A stretch of 64,000 bases of DNA, from contig OZ316899.1 of NCBI GenBank assembly GCA_973895155.1, positions 1,139,573-1,203,572 of the forward strand, read 5' to 3'. Origin of the DNA: Marsupella aquatica. Taxonomy: Eukaryota > Plantae > Marchantiophyta. A program made the translations under genes and the position numbers. This document shows positions 23,844 through 35,689 of this stretch, one piece after another. How positions within the stretch are numbered: the first letter of the stretch is position 1; the number at the start of each line of letters is the position of its first letter. The notes below the pieces were generated by a model. It did no database searches, was not told the origin of the DNA, and saw only the letters and a list, made by a program, of their open reading frames with translations.

Positions 23844-24367
23844 CTAATGTTATGACCTCTATTAATCAGTTTCTCTCTCTCCTTTACTTAACTGCGGCTA
23901 TGCCCTCTGCGAAATGACTCCTATTTGCTTAAACTAGGAGTGCAGGCTTCTGGAGCCATGAGTTCCTCGTTAAAGCACATCATTAATAATTGTTTTAACA
24001 TAGAAAACTCAAAACTATCATGTTGACTCCACATCATACATCCTGGGCAAGCCCCTGTGGTTTCCTCTAGTTTAGAACTTAATTTCCTAGCGATTCTGCC
24101 TATCTGGAATGCTATCGCAACAGGGTACTCATTTCGATTCCAACGACACCACTCTAAGATCTTTCTAAGGTCCTCCTTCCTCTTGGGTAGGCGGTACTGC
24201 GTGTAGCCTTGGGGTAACCAATCACTTGGTGGCATGGTCGCTGTTGTAAACATGTGATGCCTAGCCAGGAATCACTCGGCCAGTTAAGTGGGTAAAGCAG
24301 GACTGCACCCTAGAAACACCTTAGTATAGGGACAAAACAAGGAAAATATAAACAATTAGGGGCGACC

Positions 24368-27300
24368 ATGGAACCCGGGCCGAGGCCGGAGGTAAGGACG
24401 CTGGGGGTGAAAACTCGATTAGGGTTAGGGCGCGTTAAGCATCGGCGGCTAGGAAGGATCAACGGGAGGAAGGACCGGAAGAGGAGAGGGGTAAGGAGCG
24501 CTTGCAGGAGATGGTGGCTCATTTGCGAGCACGAACTAGGCAGACGACTACGGGAGGCAAACTACTGTCAGCTGCTTAGGCAAGCACTCGGGGAGAGAGT
24601 AGATACCGACGATCGACCTAAGGAGGGTATGAGCAACGTCAATCAAGCGGCACATTTCTGGGGATGCCTGTTCGAACGGGAAACTGAGTACATCAAGACT
24701 TACGAGGACGAGGAATCAGAAAGGGCAGCTCGAGAACGACAGGAGCTCGCTCGATTGTGGGAGCTGCAGAAGACGGCTTTCTTAGGAGGCAAACTCATCA
24801 AGAACGAGTTCTTGTGGACTCCTACTTCCAATCAGCTCGACAATCTTCTGTTTTGCAAAGATAGCATCATCGGCATTCGAGAGGCCATCAAGAACTGCAA
24901 TGACATACACTGGGAATTGAAGGGTAGCACGGAAAGGTGGACCCAGGCAACGGTGCTAGGAGAAACCTCCACGGCAGCAGAGATGAAGAGGAAGGGAGCC
25001 GTCAACGATGAAGCCACCCCGGCAAAAAGAACGAGGTCGGCGGCACCAAGGAAGCTAGCTGAGCAGCAGAGCAGGAGGCAGGGAGAAGCCGAAGTGGAGG
25101 AGGTCGATCCCATCAATGCCATTCCAACCAGGGATGACACCTGGAAAGGCTGGGCGGCAACCCTACCGGTGGAGGTGCAACTACATTTTGCACGGGAGGA
25201 GGATGCATGCTTTACGGCCATGCAGACCAAGAAGTACCAAGGCTTCATGGCCGGATCCGGCTTAGAGGCCTTTGTAAGATTACCATGGCTGAAGCCGGAG
25301 GTACCGGATTCAGACCTATTAGAATTCGTGGGGTCATGGGAACTCGAGACCAATTGCACGAGGATATATGGGAAGGATTTCTATCTTACTCCCAAGGTGA
25401 TTGCCGAAGTGTTTGGCTTGCCAATAGGCAATAAGACCAAAGTTGATACCAGGAAGACCTTGCCTGACAAGGAGTTCCGGTCGTTCCCCGGGCCATCAAC
25501 GAAGAATGGCTTCTTCCGGAACACCTGCACCAACCAGCACATAGGAGAGATGATCGACTTCTTGCGGGTGACCATGCATTATAACTTGCCGAGGGCAGAG
25601 ATCGGCAAGGCACAGGTCTATCTGGCAGAGAGGCCAGACCCAAGCCGGGACTACAACGGGTACCTCCTCAACCAATTGAAGAAGATCTTAAAGGAGGAGC
25701 AGCAAGTAATCGGCATGGGGAGCGTGTCGCGGCTTGGCTATCACATGCCGCTGTTGTGCCGGTATGCCAGAGGTCAGACCTTTGCCCCAGTACTTCCCCT
25801 GCAGGTAAGGGCACCCGAGGAAGCTCCAGCACCGAGGCCGGTAGCAGAGAAGCCTCAACCACCTGTTAGCCCTACGATCGAGCAGGTGTTTAGGCCAAGG
25901 ACGGAGGACTTGCCGATACAGCAACCAGGCATGCAGAATCTGCTGAAACTACTGGAGAAAGAAAAGAGATCGGCATCGGCAACGACAACGGCAACGACAA
26001 CAATGCAGGACACTGCTCTAGAGGTAGGCCTACACCGGCTTACAAGGGAAAACCCCTTTACTGGAGACAAGGAGAGGCCAGAATCCAAGCCGGGTGTTCG
26101 AATCTACGCAGGAGTCTCAAGCTCTGAATCTGAGGCAGAATTGCCTGAAGCTCCTACGGACGAAGAGGAGAGGGAGAAGCCGGAAGTCCAAGAAGTAGAG
26201 GAGGCAGTGGAGGACTGCAGCCATGATAACTCCGGCTATGGGTCGGACCATCACGTTCCAGGAGTAAGGACCTGTGGCCGGTTTATCCCCACACTTCCAA
26301 GGGTAGTACGAGGGGACCCCAACCAGCAGAGTAGCCCTGAGTCTCCCCCACCAGATGTTGCTCCCCCGAGCTTTGACGGCATAAAATAGACGGCGCAGGA
26401 ATTTCAGGAGCGAATCAGGCAGGAAGAGGAGGCAGCCCTGGCTAGAGAAAAGGATTTACCAGGAGGAGACTGGCCGGAGGACATCAAGCGGCTAGCCAAA
26501 AAAGGAAGCAAACCTCTAGCCACGATTGAAGAGATCCGCAAGACGGCTTGGGAGCAGAGGCCGCGGTGGATGATGCCGATGACTTCTACTTCCTCCACCT
26601 ATGCTAAAGACAGAGCCATGGAGTACGGGGAGATGTGTGGAGAATTGGCGCTCAGCATATTTGGGGAGGAGTTGGAGCAGGGACCCTTTTTCCAGAGGGA
26701 GATGTTGGAGAAGCGCCAATTAGAAGAAGCGGTGGCCTTGGAAAGAAGCAAGAAGGACGAGGTCATCCATCGGCTTAGGAAAGGGAAGCCAAAATCAAGG
26801 ACCTGAGGGTGGCCAAGAAAGCCCAAGATGAGCTGCGGATTAAGCGGCATGAGCTAAATATCATGCAGGGCCAGTTGGATACCGCACAATCTGATAATCG
26901 GATGATCGAGAATCTACTGACGCGGACCCAAGGAGAATTGGCCGACGCAATCAAGGATAGGGAGAAATGGAAGAAGGAGCTGAGGAATGCAGAGGAGGCC
27001 CACATAACATCCAACAACCGGGCCATGGCGGAGACCCAAAGAAAGGAATGGGCGTTGAAGGGGGAGCTCGAGAAAATCCGCGGAGCCCTTGAGCAGAAGG
27101 AGGCCGAGTTAGGGAAATCCTATCAAGGGATTATGGCGCTGCAGCAGGAGCTTGCGCCCCTGACGGCCAGCTTCAAGGCCGACCTACGGGAGAAGGACGA
27201 GATGCTCGATCAGACTTACGCCAAGATGAACCAGATGGAGTCTGTCATCATTGCAGAGCTCGACAAGGAGCTAAGAGCAACCCGGGAGGAGAGGGCTACC

Positions 27301-27875
27301 ACCAAGAAGGAATTGGAGGAAGCCCACAGGGAATTGGAGGAAGCCAAAAACGAGCTAGAAGAGGCGCGCAAGGACTTGGATGAGACCCAGGAGGAGTTGG
27401 AGGAAATCACGAGGAAGATGGAGAACCTACAGCGGCGGGCCGACAACCAAACAAAGCGGCTGAAGAAAAACAAGCCGCAGTATTTAAGTGCTTGTCTTCA
27501 TCAGGCCCAACTCCAATTGGGGCAACCAAGTTACCAGGAGTGGTACTGGCCGAAGAACAAGCCGCGCCACCTGCACCAGTGCCGGAAGTAAGTGGGAAGG
27601 GGAAGGGACCAGCTGCCGAACCAGAAAAGAAGAAGAAGCGGAAACCTTCAGGGTCAAGGAGTAATACGACTCCACAGGCCGTGGTGACCAAGGAGGTAGA
27701 CCCAGCACCAACCTCCGGCATGAACACGGCAATAGATCCCGCTATCACCAAAGGTGGGGATGGTGCGGCCCAAGCCGAACTACTCAGTAATGAGGCCGGT
27801 ATCCCAGATCCGCCTCTTGAGCAGGCCGGGGAGACCGTAGCCGAGGCTGAGGCCATAGCCGAGAATGATTCCTGA
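24368..27875 (+). pseudogene. LTR-encoded plant-mobile-domain/Transposase_32-like plus coiled-coil protein
   Basis: GFMAGSGLEAFVRLPW...IAEVFGLP...NGFFRNTC domain followed by a long E/K/L heptad region. One TAG (26387) and two frameshifts (near 26800 and 27490). Confidence 0.65.
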
Positions 27876-28647
27876 GCCAATGCCGATGCCGATGGTGGAC
27901 CCAGTCAGGCCGATGGAGAGTTGACTCAGTCAAGGGCAGGTAATCTGTCAGAAAACAAACCTACGGCAGTGGCTGAGGAGGAAGCATTGGGGGCGTCCAT
28001 TGAGGATCCACCACCGGTGTCGTGACGGTGCAAGGGCGCCGTTCCTTTTAGGAAGGGCGGACGTGGAGGGAGGAGGCGTGAGTGGGCAGGGCGGGCGCTG
28101 ATCTCCAAGTTTAGGATTAGGATCAGGACCAGGAGCGGCCCTGACACTTAGCTTAGTGGGATTGCGGTTCCACTGGTAGGAACAACACTTGTGCTCCTGC
28201 CTTGCTGTACATAGGTAAATCCGGGCAGGTAGATTACTGTTAGGTAGATTAGGCTTATGCTGCAAAGAATTAGGCGGATCCACTACTAGGATAAGTACTT
28301 GGGCAGCGGGGAGCTCTTCTTTAGCAAGTTTTTAGTTTGCACCAGCCGGGCTGGGATCAAGTAGTAAGAGAAGCTCTCGGTTAGTCATACAGTGACCCTT
28401 GTGTATATTCATGTTTCCTCATGCCTAAGAGCTGAATAGAGTTGGCCTCACGGCTTAGTTCGCAGAGCTTGTGTATGAGATGTACTGTTTGTATGACAAG
28501 TGCATGGTATGACTCAGTCAGAAGGAGTCATTTTGCTATTTGTGTGTCGCATTAACTTGTGTGAAGAGTGCCCACATCAACTAATAGAGGAAGGAAAGTA
28601 AGCAGGGGAGTGAGAGTTGGATGTGTCGAGCTGAGAGAGGTCTTAGC

Positions 28648-28702
28648 GGCTTAACCAAGCCTATTGGGGATCATTCCGGCGGCGGAATCCAAACATACCT
28701 AA
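28648..28702 (+). other. Conserved stem-loop module near the LTR 3' end (copy in A)
   Basis: GGCTT..AAGCC hairpin, then ATTCCG-GCGG-CGGAAT and AAACATACCTA. Homologous to 45331-45413 and 49653-49732. Confidence 0.7.
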
Positions 28703-30557
28703 CAAGACGGAGGGGAAGACAAGGGAAGGCCTAGATTAGGCCGGCTACGTATCTCATGACCCGATGAAGGATCTGTCCAGTATATGTGTGTAATAATAGT
28801 AGTAGTAGAAGAAGGTTAGCAGCGTCCCATGCCGCTAAGCCGCGGAAACGGCCTCGCCAAGCGCAAAACCTGTGGGAATCGGCTTGAGCTGGGGGGTTTC
28901 TTGGGTTTAGGGAGTCATGGGACGCACCACAAAACACTACTCCGAACAGAGGATTGCAAATGAATCGCCCGCCTCCTCACGTTCCAGGTTCCGCCATGCG
29001 CTTCTCGAAGTACCAACTCGGTGTGTGTGGGCGTGGTGTAAGCGATTATCATAACATCGCCTTCTTGTGCATTGCTCCTCCCGTTGGCCAGTATCGAGTG
29101 CTCTTTCTCGTTCAGTGTCGTTATGATTGCTGCTTCGGCATCTTTCTCGAAATAGAACAACGTCCAGAACTCCTTTGGTGAGTTCATGTCACCCGTTCGC
29201 CCTTCTTGATTTGCTCTTCTCTCTCCTGGTTCGGACTGCTGGTCGTAGCAGTTGCTCCTCTCTCGGAACCCTCAACGAGGCGTTCCCTAGTATGGTCGCC
29301 AAAAATGTTAAATGCCCAGTTTGACTTGCAATTAACGGACGTCTAACTGCCTTCTTCGCAGTATCTCCCGCTTAAATGATCAACCGACCTTCTAGCGGGG
29401 TACTCCCCTCTTCCTCTATATAGTCCCCGTAAGTGAATCCTACCAAGTGCTCTATAATGTCTAACTCTTCCTTCCACTTCTTGGGCACGACTACTTCAGT
29501 CAACACCAGACCCTCCCTGTAGATGATCTCGATAAACCCACACCAGTAGCGGTAAGTAATTAGACAGATGGGAATACTCTCCTGGCGTAACGCTTGGGTA
29601 ATCAGGTGGGAACCGATGGACAGATCCACAATTCCAGTGGTCTTAACTTAATCAAGGAGCAAGGCTTGTCCGCCTTACTGTCTACATTCATGGTTGTTAT
29701 AGTAGCAGTGACCGGGTTAGGTCCTGCTGTCCCTCAATCGTCCTTCCTGGCAATCGATCTGTCTTTGGCTAAATCAAGCAATTTAAATAGAGGTATCCGT
29801 AGTAGGAACCCAAGTTTAACGGTTGACCCTGTATGTTGAAGGTGTACGACGACCAAGGTCACGTCCTGGATACACACAATCTCCAACCAGACCTTGCTTC
29901 CCACGAGCTGTCTGTTAAATTGTTGCCTTAACGTGCTAAACCGTAAGGTCCTCACTCGTAGTGAGACGATTTCCATTCATCCCAGCGATTTATGATTAAT
30001 CGACTTAACACATGTTCCTAACGAGTACTTCGCGCGAACTCCCATAACCGCACTCCTCGACTCTCAGTATTAATCACGAATGCCTCTCCTTCTTTGAATG
30101 ACTTTCAAAGTTACTGCTTCTTCTGACTTGATTCACAACATTCTTCCAACGTTGACTCTGGACTCTTACTCACCGCTCAAGCACAAGGTAACGAAGTTCC
30201 TCTGCACTCTATTGCATTCATACACATCTCTTTATAATCGAAAACTACTCAAAACGAGTAGGGACACTAATACAAAACGCTGGTAATCTTGAGGTGAGTC
30301 CGGCTCTACCTCTCAACCAAGCTCCTAGCAAAAAGTGACAGAGCGCCTAGCGCTCCACAGCCTCTAAATACCTATGCCTCGCGTCCGTTCTATGCTGAGG
30401 TTTCTAACTACTTTCCGGGGTGCACCGACTTCAGTTGGACGGTTCGCCCTTCAGCCGCGGTCTCCTGCACTAATCTGCCAAGAAACTCTAACTGTCTCCT
30501 GCCAAGAACGATGAGCGAGCCAAGAACCGTGTTTACATGTCAAGAAGAATCCCGTGG

Positions 30558-31181
30558 TTACTGAACTGTGCAATGACGCCTTTGATTCTCTTCTTTGATG
30601 GCGCCTGAACTGGAAGCTTCCGGACTTTCGATCGCCAATCCTGCTAAGTGTGAAACAACATTTAGGTTATCGTCCCCTTCCTTAGCGGTAGTCGCTTTGT
30701 TGGCGACGATTACTTGACCGGCGGTGATTAATTGCCATGCAATCCGTTGATCGCGGTTGTTATCCCGCCTTAGTACCAGATTCCACTTCTTCCGCATGAC
30801 ATTTCTGCAGAATTCCTCAATGGCCCCGCTGGTCGTGAATCGCTGACGAAACTCTTCGCCCTTCATTCCAAACAATTGTTGCCCGGCCTCATCCCAGACA
30901 CGACAGCTCCCTTCTTTCATCCGAATGGTGAACATAAACATAAGCACTCCTTCGCCTAGCGGTTTACACCTATGCCCTACTCAATTTTGGCTAATAGGGG
31001 TTCCCATGTCGGTCCCCTCTTGTCTTTTCTGTCGAGCCCTTGTGCCTAAGGCACAGACCTTGCCATCTGCTAGAAAGCCATCGCAACCTTCATAACAGAA
31101 CTCTACTCCTATCCGGCCACTAATCGCGATGATCGTCGCCTCCCCTAATTCTAGCCTTTCTGCCATTCTAACAGGATGCAA
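30558..31181 (-). pseudogene. RPA70 C-terminal (DBD-C)-like OB-fold protein inside LTR C
   Basis: ATIIAI...FCYEGC...LMFMFTI...VWDEAGQQLFGMKGEEF...KKWNLVLR matches the RPA1 DBD-C pattern as I recall it. One in-frame TGA at 30983-30981. Confidence 0.55.
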
Positions 31182-31294
31182 TGAACTGCTACCGGTCCTT
31201 GCGTGCTGCTCCCTAAATACCCTGGATTAACTTCTGGCTGACGCTTCTAAGACTAAAGGACTATAATTTAACCGGTGTAATGTTACCGTTTACA

Positions 31295-31307
31295 TCCTCC
31301 TTTACTT
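31295..31307 (-). promoter_or_regulatory. Polypurine tract of element C
   Basis: AAGTAAAGGAGGA immediately before the TG LTR start on the minus strand. Confidence 0.7.
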
Positions 31308-31356
31308 ACCTACGGACTCACCCTCGATGTCCGTATTGCTCGGTAATCGTTGCTGC

Positions 31357-34236
31357 TTATTTGACTCCATTGCCCCCGCTAACTCCTGGTTTCTTAATTG
31401 GGGTGATCTGTGTTCGGACTTGTGCGTTGAGCTTCCTCACCTCCGACCTGAGATCTAGAATAGATCTTTCCTTGTCTTCCAATTCTTGCGACAATTGGTC
31501 ATGCTCTGACCTGAGCTGTTCCAGCTCCCCGTTCACTTTGTCCCCCTCTGGTCGTTGTTTCAAGGCGTCTGCAAGTTGTACTTCTAATTGACCGATCCTA
31601 CTTTCGGTTGCTTCTTTATACCTTGCGGTCTCCAGCGTGGATTCTCCTTAAGCCGTCGTCGGATCCCCTTGTAAGGTGGCTTGGCTGAGTTGTGTATCCA
31701 GATCCTTGATTTTATGCTTCAGTTCTTCTACACGTTGGCGTTCGACTTCCCACTTGCTGGCTATGCTCTGTTGCTATGCTGCTTCTTCTTTGAGTTGGAG
31801 TCTCAACTTCTCGATCTCCTTTAGCTTCTCTATACCCTGCTCCGTCTGTAGGTTGGCTTTTCGTTTCTCCATCTTTACCGTGGTAATCATTGCTCGGATG
31901 GCCGCGATTACTTCCCTATAGTTGCTTGTTAACCCCCTTGCTTGTATCTTCTCGATGCCCAGGAATTCGGCTAAGTCTTTGATGGCTGTTTCTTCGTGCC
32001 TCCATCCTCGTTCACTAGTCGCTAATCGATCATTTTCTTGTAACAACTTTGCATTTCGGGTGAGTAACTTCTTAATCGTCCCTTCGGCCTCTACTGCCCA
32101 TTTTGTCGATTCTTCCTGCTGGGCTAACTTCCTTGCCATGTCTTCTTCCTGCTTGTCCCACTGCAACTGTAATAGAGCACTTTGTATCCCCTGATAAATT
32201 GACATCTGACTGACAATCTGTCCCACCATGACGTTGAAAATGCTATTCTTTTGTACCATTTCGATCTCAGCTTGTAGCCCTTCCAATCCTCCCTCCTGTA
32301 GTACTAGTTGTGCCTCTTTTTCTCTAATCGCTGATAAAGTGTAATTAAGATCCTCGTCTTCAATCGCTGCCGTCGAGTACTTCCTGGTTTCAACTGGTCC
32401 CTCCTGGTCCTTCGTTGGTGGTTGCTCCGTGACCGTCCTCCTCGTTACTCGCATTGGCGATCGATCATCTCCTAGTTGATTATCTTCCTCGTATGCATTG
32501 TCGTCCTGCCTTGCGCTCTTGCGCTTCTTGGTCGGTTCGACCTTCTCTGTCTTGTCTGCGGTCTTGGGTCGTGCTACTGCTGGACTTCCTCTCTTGCTAC
32601 CTCCTTCCTTTAGTTGACTTCCTATTAAAACTTGAAAATGCGATTCAATTTCTACCGGCAAACTGCTCTGGCTACTTATTAATCGCTGAGCTCGCTTAAT
32701 CGCCGAATGGAATCCCTCATAAAAAAATGCTGACCAGTTCTTTTGCTTACCACTCCCTTCTTCCACGATTTTTATCATGAATCGTGGGTACTCTGACCTA
32801 GGTCATTTCCAATGCACGGCATGGGTAACGAATTCTAACCTTTCTTTGATTCTCTCATTAGTGCAGTGTTTGGTCTGATAGCCTCGTGTGTCATCTACCT
32901 CCTTGTGTTGTGGAAATGAGGCGGGCTGCCAGGTCTTCCCCATCCGCTTCTTAATTTCCGCTCCTCGCTCTGGCAAACTGAATAACTCACGCAATGTCCG
33001 ATGGTCGGTCTTGATGATTTGCCCCCTGCATCTCCCTTGGTTCTCGGTGGGCCTCCACGTGGAGATGAATTCGCTGTAGTCCTCGGCTTGTAGCTCAGTT
33101 GGAACACTCCACGTCGAATTCACGAAATCCTCAAATCCTTGCGAACGTAAGAACTTCCGGTGAGTTGGGTCTCTCATGTTCTTCAAGATATGGGGCTCCA
33201 TCTTTTCGAATTTAAGCACATGGAAAACTTCCCTCGGACGGGCTCTACTCGATCCAACTGACTTCTTCTTCTGGACTGTTGTTTCGTTGCCAAGCTCTTC
33301 TTCCTCGCTGGCTGAGCTACTCTCTTCTTTTTCCTCCTCGGGTTCGATTATCTTGGCCTTCTTCTTCTCTGAATCGGTCGCTCTCCTCTTGGGCCGTTCC
33401 TCGTTAATAAATTTCACCTTGTTCGGGTGAGTTCTCTTCGTGTCGGGAGGCGTCGATTTCTCAAGTATGGCTGCTGTGACTGCCGCAATCTCCACCTCCG
33501 GGTCGGTTTTGGTCAGCCAATCTGCAAGCGTAAATTTTTGTTTTACCTGCGGTCCTTCGTTCCCCACTGACAGCACCTCCGACCTCTCGACCTGAACTTC
33601 CGGTACCTTGATCGGCACTTCCTCTTCTGCTTTGACATCCTGCCGCTTGGACCCCGGCTCCATTTCGAGTTCTTGCTCTCCCATTTCCGTCTCCGCTCCT
33701 GCTATACTATCGGCGATCGGTGGCTGCTTCCCGACGACTCCTTGATCGTTAATAGTCGTGTCCGCGAGGACTTCTTGCACCTCTGTTTCTATTTCTTCCG
33801 CATGTTCTTCTTCTGTGTATGACGTCGTTCCTTCCATGGCTGGCGTTTCTAGCAGTTGTGCCATCGTCGTGCGTTTCCTGGGGTACTCGTCTGCAAATTT
33901 GCCTGCTCTCTTGACGGTTACTACCTTCATTCCTACAGGCAATGTGTAATATTTGCTCCCCACTCTTGTCCACTCGAACCTCAGTGCTCGTTGATAGCCG
34001 CTCCACTCTGCAGTTGCTCGTAGCTTCCGCGCCAACCGCAAATAGGGTTTCCATCTTAGCAACTCCCCCGCTGATAGGGGTATTTGATTCTCGGACTCCC
34101 CCGTCTCGTAAGCTTTTAGAAGCACATGTAATTTTCCCGTGGCGTAGTTCTCTATGCACGGTATTGAGTTAGGTCCTATCGGTATCCGATCCACAATCCA
34201 GGTGGATGATTTTCCATGAGTACACCCTACGATCAC
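31357..34236 (-). pseudogene. Element C accessory ORF (PMD/Transposase_32-like plus coiled coil)
   Basis: KFLRSQGFEDFVNSTW...LRELFSLPERG...GYQTKHC...NWSAFF. In frame across TGA 32803, with a further stop and shift near 31770. Coiled-coil C-terminus. Confidence 0.65.
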
Positions 34237-34305
34237 TACCCTATACGGAAATCGTTCCCGCTCTTCTTCCTGTCCTTTCGTTAGTTTGTATTTCCAATCA
34301 TGAAC

Positions 34306-34827
34306 TTAAAATATTCCCAATAGATCTTCTGCTGCTAGTATAATTGATTTGATTTGGCTTGTCTTCGCTGAACTAAACGGTCCGCTTGATGGGACTACTT
34401 CATTCATGTAATCTGCTAGCGTACATCCCTTAATCGCTGCTGTCCGTACTTGTTCGTTTGTTCGGTCCCTTCGCTGCTGTCGATAGTGGTTAGAGGTGGT
34501 ACTTGGCCTGGCCAGGCGAGCCAAGGACGGTCCTGTGTGCGCTGGTAGTTCTTCCCCTTCTGTGGTCTCCGCCGCTGCGGGGTAGGGAGCCACGCTTATA
34601 CAAGCCACGACTCTGGGAGATGATTGGTACTCCCCTAACCCTACTTGATTCTGGTTTCTTGTAGCTGTTAACGGTTGATAGCGGTCGCTATCCTCGGCCC
34701 GTGTTGGTACTGCATCGTGGTCATTTCCGTCGTCGTCTTCGTCCAGGTAGTCGTTAACCGTGCTTTCTACCTCCCGCAAGTACATGTCGTTTCTAACGTG
34801 ATATGTCTTCATTTTGTTCCCGTTCAT
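34306..34827 (-). CDS. Hypothetical protein of element C
   Basis: 173-aa ATG ORF between the LTR remnant and the accessory ORF. No family recognised. Confidence 0.35.
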   Translation of the reverse strand: MNGNKMKTYHVRNDMYLREVESTVNDYLDEDDDGNDHDAVPTRAEDSDRYQPLTATRNQNQVGLGEYQSSPRVVACISVAPYPAAAETTEGEELPAHTGPSLARLARPSTTSNHYRQQRRDRTNEQVRTAAIKGCTLADYMNEVVPSSGPFSSAKTSQIKSIILAAEDLLGIF

Positions 34828-34847
34828 CAGCTGCTGCTCGCTGCCGT

Positions 34848-35022
34848 CTAATCGCGATGATCGTCGCCTCCCCTAATTCTAGCCTTTCTGCCATTCTAAC
34901 AGGATGCAATGAACTGCTACCGGTCCTTGCGTGCTGCTCCCTAAATACCCTGGATTAACTTCTGGCTGACGCTTCTAAGACTAAAGGACTATAATTTAAC
35001 CGGTGTAATGTTACCGTTTACA
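34848..35022 (-). repeat. Truncated 5' LTR of element C (175 bp)
   Basis: Appears identical by eye to 31120-31294. Confidence 0.9.
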
Positions 35023-35689
35023 GGAACCACATCCGGAACTGATTTGGTTCTGTCCGAATAATGTTTGTTACAAAAGTCATCCTTGAAAAGGTGTGGTGAA
35101 CGTTCCTCCCTGTCGATCACCTGCCTGTTGCATTGAGTACAAATCTTTCCGCAGCGGAGGTCAAGTTTCTGAAGGAGAATGGACTATCAATTGGTGGTGT
35201 AGGTCATGGTGTAGAAAATGCACCAATTGGACTCGATCTCCGCATTGATGTCAATACTTTCCCTGAAAGGATCAATCTAGTTGAGCCGACAATTCGCTAT
35301 TTATCTCAAAACGGAAGGACGTGCTTACAGAGAGTGCATCTAACTAAGTCGCACTATAAGAAGATTGAAGCAACTCAGAAAGAGGAGATGAAAGTAATAT
35401 GTTCCGGGATGTTGCAACAGGAAATGGATGGGGCAAACAATTTTGCGTCCAATCACACATCAATCACCACTCTGTGATTGCCTATTGGGTTCAGATTTGC
35501 TGCTTCCCGTGCTGTTCTTGCAAAGATTTTTACCGTCGTCATGCCCATAGAAAACCTTTCATGTCTTGCAAACATCTGTACTGGATTTATAAAAATGTTC
35601 TCAAGCTGGACCTATGAGAATCCATATTGTCAAGTCAGCCAATACTCACCATTGGAGAAATACGTCTATTGTTGGAACGGGAAACTTGA
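35023..35689 (+). pseudogene. SWIM zinc-finger protein gene, 3' part
   Basis: IWFCPNN...LPVALSTNLSAAEVKFLKENG, then YWVQICCFPCCSCKDF...FMSCKHLYWIYKNVL (CxC-xn-CxH), then past a TGA QPILTIGEIRLLL*. Frameshifts present. Confidence 0.7.

Larger units (their letters stand above)
24253..28931 (+). mobile_element. Solo LTR A (4,679 bp) containing a long ORF
   Basis: TGTGATGCC...CACCACA with 5-bp TSD AAACA (24248-24252, 28932-28936). No terminal direct repeats and no gag-pol. Confidence 0.85.
23848..35022 (-). mobile_element. Element C: internally deleted LTR retrotransposon without gag-pol; long 3' LTR (31294 to ~23848) interrupted by solo LTR A
   Basis: PPT then TGTAAACGG at 31294. The same 175 bp recur at 35022-34848 as a truncated 5' LTR. 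The left end is tentative and no TSD was found. Confidence 0.6.

Noticed and set aside
30558-35022. Helitron or DIRS interpretation of element C
   Set aside because: There is no Rep/helicase or tyrosine recombinase. The repeat starts with TG directly after a PPT, as an LTR does.
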